Of a stretch of 8,229 bases of DNA, positions 7,160-8,229 are shown piece after piece. Where the stretch lies: the IMG/VR virus record IMGVR_UViG_3300029742_000283, one strand, 5' to 3'. The position numbers were made by a program, and so were the translations under genes. Origin of the DNA: a virus. Taxonomy: Duplodnaviria; Heunggongvirae; Uroviricota; Caudoviricetes. The first letter of the stretch is position 1; every line of letters begins with the position of its first letter. Under the pieces are notes generated by a model. That model was not told the origin of the DNA, did not search any database, and was given only the letters and a program-made list of their open reading frames with translations.

Positions 7160-7570
7160 CTACGCCTCCGGCAGTTCAGGCCAGATGACATCCGGTGCGG
7201 TGCTGGTATCTGTTGCCGTCACAGCGTCGATATAATCCAGCACAACGTTAAGTCGGGTAGTTTCCTCTTGCGTCAGTTTGCGCCCGGCCTGCAGCTTTAA
7301 CTGAATCACGCTGATATTGGCCATTGCTGCGTCTAACAGCGACTGTTTTTTCTGTTCAGCGTCAGCTACCAGTTCATCATGAGAACGTTCCTGAGTGGGT
7401 GGTGCAGTAAATCCCCCTTCTGAATACCCCCAGCCGATTCCGGGCTGCTCACTGATATCAGAAATATTAATGAGCTGCTGATTATCCGGCACTGTGAATT
7501 CAGCCTCGCCATCCCAGACAATGACATTCACAACCATCCCATTTTCAATAACTGCATATGACGTATTCAT
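7160..7570 (-). CDS. Tail fiber assembly protein (Tfa-family chaperone), about 136 aa
   Basis: C-terminal motif ...DAVTATDTSTAPDVIWPELPEA resembles the conserved C-terminus of lambda/P2-type Tfa proteins. Preferred start is the ATG at 7570-7568, which overlaps the tail-fiber stop as TAATG and has GAGGAG 8 nt upstream; the ORF-track start at 7594 (MYYRGVCIM...) is a less likely upstream extension. Shorter than the 175 aa I recall for P2 gpG, so likely a different Tfa subtype. Confidence 0.75.
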   Translation of the reverse strand: MNTSYAVIENGMVVNVIVWDGEAEFTVPDNQQLINISDISEQPGIGWGYSEGGFTAPPTQERSHDELVADAEQKKQSLLDAAMANISVIQLKLQAGRKLTQEETTRLNVVLDYIDAVTATDTSTAPDVIWPELPEA

Positions 7571-8229
7571 TATGCAAACTCCTCGATAATACAAATCCCT
7601 GAAGCGCCTTTCCCGCCCGTCATACTGGTTCCGCTATAACCGGCATCGTATGCGCCACCTCCGCCTGAACCATATGCTTTACCGATAACACCACCGCCAG
7701 CGCCTGCACGTCCACCGCCGCCCCAGTGCGATGTTCCGCCTTCACCGCTGACGCTGATATTTCCGGACTGACCGTCGCCTCCATCTCCACCAGTGATGCG
7801 GATATCGCCAGTACTCGGCACACCTCCGTTACCGCCGTTTGTGTTTGTAACACCCGCTTTCCCGCCACCTTCGCCACCAGGAGCAATTAACGATGCGAAT
7901 ACGCTATTCCCGCCCCTGGTGCCGTTCGTCGCACTAACACCACCGGCCCCACCTGCGCCGATAGTGACTGGATAACTATTCTGTGTCGGGGTCATTATTG
8001 AAATTATTGTTCCACCGGCCCCACCGCCAGCACCGAAAAACGTTTCATTATTGGATGCAGCCTTGCAGCCGCCCCCTCCGCCACCGCCGCCCGTTATTGT
8101 GACCCTGATCCGTTTTGTTCCTGGCGTCGGGGTGTATGTACCTGATGAGGTGAAAACCCGGGTATTCAGCCAGCGTCCAACGTATCCACTTGCATCGCTC
8201 AGACCAAGATATTGAATAACCGCCTGTGT
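7570..8229 (-). CDS. Tail fiber protein, C-terminal part (5'-truncated by the window edge), glycine-rich
   Basis: The frame is open from the window edge (8229) to the stop at 7572-7570; I translated 7996-8229 by hand and found no stop (…LNTRVFTSSGTYTPTPGTKRIRVTITGGGGGGGGCKAASNNETFFGAGGGAGGTIISIMTPTQNS…). Product is dominated by Gly-rich repeats and is immediately followed by a coupled tfa gene. Occupies the position of P2 gene H, but the C-terminal region does not look like what I recall of P2 gpH. Confidence 0.7.
   Translation of the reverse strand, partial: TQAVIQYLGLSDASGYVGRWLNTRVFTSSGTYTPTPGTKRIRVTITGGGGGGGGCKAASNNETFFGAGGGAGGTIISIMTPTQNSYPVTIGAGGAGGVSATNGTRGGNSVFASLIAPGGEGGGKAGVTNTNGGNGGVPSTGDIRITGGDGGDGQSGNISVSGEGGTSHWGGGGRAGAGGGVIGKAYGSGGGGAYDAGYSGTSMTGGKGASGICIIEEFA

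Noticed and set aside
7570-7594. Upstream start (MYYRGVCIM...) for tfa from the ORF track
   Set aside because: The ATG at 7570 overlaps the tail-fiber stop (TAATG) and has a canonical GAGGAG RBS at 8-nt spacing; the upstream start would overlap the fiber gene by 25 nt and lacks an obvious RBS.
7620-7975. Nested or antisense ORFs within the tail fiber gene (7620-7886 minus, 7793-7975 plus)
   Set aside because: Alternative frames of a Gly-rich repeat coding region (GGN codons give Pro/Ala/Thr-rich shadows); no independent support.
1-8229. A novel defence or accessory system in this window
   Set aside because: Every substantial ORF is accounted for by conserved P2-type tail and regulatory genes, and the one known cargo slot present (tfa-FI) is too short to encode a system. 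Claiming a new system would not be supported by the sequence.

Overview
This window is the tail-gene end of a P2-like (Peduovirus-type) myovirus prophage, with every gene on the minus strand. Reading 5'->3' on the minus strand (high to low coordinates): a 5'-truncated glycine-rich tail fiber, a tail fiber assembly chaperone, an intrinsic terminator with a possible late promoter, then the contiguous block FI (sheath), FII (tube), E and E+E' (chaperone pair made by a -1 frameshift), T (tape measure), U, D, and finally ogr with its own promoter and terminator. The first ~236 bp are non-coding and probably hold the prophage end or attachment region. Gene calls rest on recalled similarity to phage P2 proteins, matching lengths (T 815 aa, FI 396, FII 172, U 159, D 387, Ogr 72, E+E' 142) and the conserved gene order; no database search was possible. 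I see no CRISPR array, tRNA or rRNA, and no convincing novel system. The cargo slot between tfa and FI holds no gene here, and the most noteworthy points are the exchanged tail-fiber module, the E/E' frameshift and the structured prophage-end region. Most plus-strand ORFs in the supplied track are antisense shadows of the real genes.
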